This document shows, one piece after another, positions 61,570 to 64,000 of a stretch of DNA of 64,000 nt. Positions within the stretch are counted from its first letter, which is position 1; every line of letters starts with the position of its first letter. The notes beneath the pieces are model-generated. The model had not been told where the DNA came from, did no database searches, and saw only the letters and a program-made list of their open reading frames with translations. The stretch spans positions 218,475 through 282,474 of the forward strand of contig NW_005201493.1 in NCBI RefSeq assembly GCF_000372725.1, given 5' to 3'. Source of the DNA: Emiliania huxleyi CCMP1516. Taxonomy: Eukaryota. The position numbers and the translations under genes are program-made.

Positions 61570-62582
61570 ACGATGCGCGCGCCGCGGGTGCAGCGCAGAT
61601 GCATCTCCACACACAGGCCGCGCGGACTGTGCGCGCGCGTGTGTGTGTGTGTGTGTGTTCTTTTTTAACACATACGCGCACAGAGCTCTGTAAAGCCGTA
61701 CATGTGTAGCTCTCATGTCTAGAGACACTAGAGAGAGAGCCGTACGATCTTCACAGGAAAACACACACAGTCAGACCGCAGCACACAGTCGAAACAACGC
61801 GACCTCCATCCGCAACAGCCCCGCTCTCTCGCCCCCCGGTGCGTGTGTGCTCGCCTTGGCCATACGAGGGCGGCCTGAGGGTGGGGGGCGGGTCGGGGCT
61901 GTGGGCGAGCACTCCACCGACAACGCCCAAGCGTTGCGCCGCTCGCCCGGGCCGTGTGGCGGGCGGCGGGGGCGCGGGGGCGCGGCGCAAGTGGGGGCGC
62001 AAACGGGGCCCGCGTTGCAGTTTTTGACGGGAGATAGCCGAAAAATGACCCCGCACACAGTGTGTGAAGCTATTTCGGGCCCGGGCTGGCTTTGGGTTTG
62101 GGGGGGGGGGGGGCGGGGGGGGGGGGTTGCACAAAAGCTGCACGCGCGAGCCAGCTAACTTTTTCATTTTTGATTTCTGATTTTTTGAATTTTCGTCTGG
62201 GAGGGGGTCGTCAACTGACCGGGGGTCTTTCAGTGGGGGGGGGGGGGTTTCGTGACCGTTCATCGTCGATGCCGCCTGACTTACCTGTTCCCCGCTGGCG
62301 CGACCCCGCGCCGGCCAGCGGAGCCATTGCCCGCTCGGTCACCTGGTCACCACCCCCGCCGGCGCGACGCGATCCGATCGACGCCGCCTGTCCTCGCGCT
62401 CCGCCGCAATGCCACTGCGCACGTTAGTTATTGGGAATCTCCCCACGGGATTCCTTTTTCTCTTCACCTGACAACACACCCAAAATCACCCCCCTCCCTT
62501 TCTAGTCAAGTCGACACGCAATTAAGCGCTCATTCGATCTCCATTGTTTCGCGTCTCGGCATGTGGAATGCAGCAATGCACA

Positions 62583-63548
62583 TCAAATACATGCAAAGGC
62601 GGGACCATCGTAGGGCGGCCATTTCATCGACCACTTGGCGTAACTTTGTTGAGTTTCCGCGGTGTGGATCTGAATGTTCAGATCTCCACCTTCGCGGAAG
62701 TTTTGCCAACGTAGTTCGGCCGACCTACGAAGTGCGGCTTCCCTTTCGGAATCCAAGGCCGACCGACTCGAGGCCGGTATGGTTCTTGAGAAGGTGGTGT
62801 TGGAGCGGAAGATGAACTTATCTGTGAAATTGCAAATATATGGGCAAAAACCGCCGCAGAGCCATGCATCGTCGCATGTGAGTGGACCGCAGCAACCATC
62901 ATCATAGACTCTGCCGCAACAATCTTCGCCGAACGGGCCAGCGGAAAACTCCAGCGGAAAACTCCGCACAGCACCTGCCGGCAGGTGCCTCGCGGCTGGC
63001 CGAACGTACCTGTAGATACAGCAAGGAAAGGGCCAGGGGAAGATGCATTGGTTCCCTGGGCCTAGGATGAATCGGGTTTTGCTCTCGTCGAATTGCAACC
63101 AAAAGCATACGAGGCAGCAGCACGGCGGTGGCACCGAGTAGCATCCGCTCTCCAGCTCCTGGCAGTCCTGACTGTCCTCTAGCTTCCTCCTCGCTTCCTC
63201 CTCGCGAGCCATGCGTTGCACTTCGACCTTACTGGGTTTCGGCTTTGGCAAGGATTCCTCAACACAGGCCTTGCACCGCCTCTGTTCCACCGGCTTCCTC
63301 CACTGGTTTCTCGAAAAGTTAGACTGCGGGTGCACCTTGTTGCACTCGGAGCACACGCAAGCGTCGCTCGTGGCTGCCGATACGGCCTCGCTGCTGCCGA
63401 GCACATCCACGGCGACTGCCGGTGCGAGCTCTTCCACAATGCCTGCCGGTGTGAGCTCCTCCTCGACAGCGAGGACCTCCACCACAGTGGCGGGCGGTTC
63501 GCCGTCAGCCTCCACCACAGTGACGGGCGAGTCGCCATCAGTCTGCAT
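62583..63548 (-). CDS. Protein with an Stc1-like CxxC...CxxC zinc finger and a Cys-rich C-terminus
   Basis: CSEC....NFSRNQWRK....RCKAC in a 321-aa ORF. Confidence 0.6.
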   Translation of the reverse strand: MQTDGDSPVTVVEADGEPPATVVEVLAVEEELTPAGIVEELAPAVAVDVLGSSEAVSAATSDACVCSECNKVHPQSNFSRNQWRKPVEQRRCKACVEESLPKPKPSKVEVQRMAREEEARRKLEDSQDCQELESGCYSVPPPCCCLVCFWLQFDESKTRFILGPGNQCIFPWPFPCCIYRYVRPAARHLPAGAVRSFPLEFSAGPFGEDCCGRVYDDGCCGPLTCDDAWLCGGFCPYICNFTDKFIFRSNTTFSRTIPASSRSALDSEREAALRRSAELRWQNFREGGDLNIQIHTAETQQSYAKWSMKWPPYDGPAFACI

Positions 63549-64000
63549 CGACGCGAGGGGCTCTTTCTCTGGACTCTCTCGCCTCCGTCGGCCGCACTCG
63601 GCCGTTCATCCGCACGGCGGGTCCATCGATACCCGCCCTTGAGCACTTGAGCACTGGATAGGGCCGATTCCGCGTGGTACGGGACCCCTCGATCGTCTCG
63701 CCCTCCCTCACTGGTGTGTTCCGCCCTTGGCGTTTTCATGTTGAGCTACCCGTCGATGTGATCTGAGGCGGTGCCCGGTGCCTGGCCTGCATCGAAATAA
63801 CGGCGGGTCATCAGCCAAGGTCTCAAGCAGTGGTTCATCGCGACTTACTTGAGTGAGGCCATCCGCAGGATCCGGGATAGCATACACAGTTAGATGCACT
63901 ACCTCACTGGGCCTGTGGCCTCTGGCCTGAGACCACCGTAGAGTACGAGACGCTTCCCATCACCGTCTCGCCTCTCGGGTTTGTGTGGAGGTTGTATATG

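Overview
High-GC, intron-rich eukaryotic genomic DNA with four assembly gaps. Many GC-AG introns, intronic 10-11 bp tandem repeats and the gene families present point to a haptophyte such as Emiliania/Gephyrocapsa huxleyi (inference, not a database result). About 25 protein-coding loci can be reconstructed, including Mpv17/PMP22, ANP32-like, a plastid phosphate translocator, an NAD(P)-binding Rossmann protein, a class 3 lipase fusion, an RBR E3 ligase, an LPMO-like His-brace protein, acetamidase/formamidase, a phytocyanin-like membrane protein, a duplicated prolyl 4-hydroxylase-like gene, a DUF1501 protein and an F-box-like RCC1 protein. Intergenic space holds CRE-like retrotransposon pieces stacked at AATTCTTTT sites, a MITE with an 8-bp target-site duplication (TSD), and other repeats. 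The most unusual items are an FHA-BRCT fusion to a minimal (bacterial/viral-type) ATP-dependent DNA ligase, a DUF4116 protein carrying an apparent XH domain (known from plant RNA-directed DNA methylation factors), and a membrane-anchored solute-binding-domain/lipase fusion. All domain calls are by-eye motif recognition and exon boundaries are approximate.
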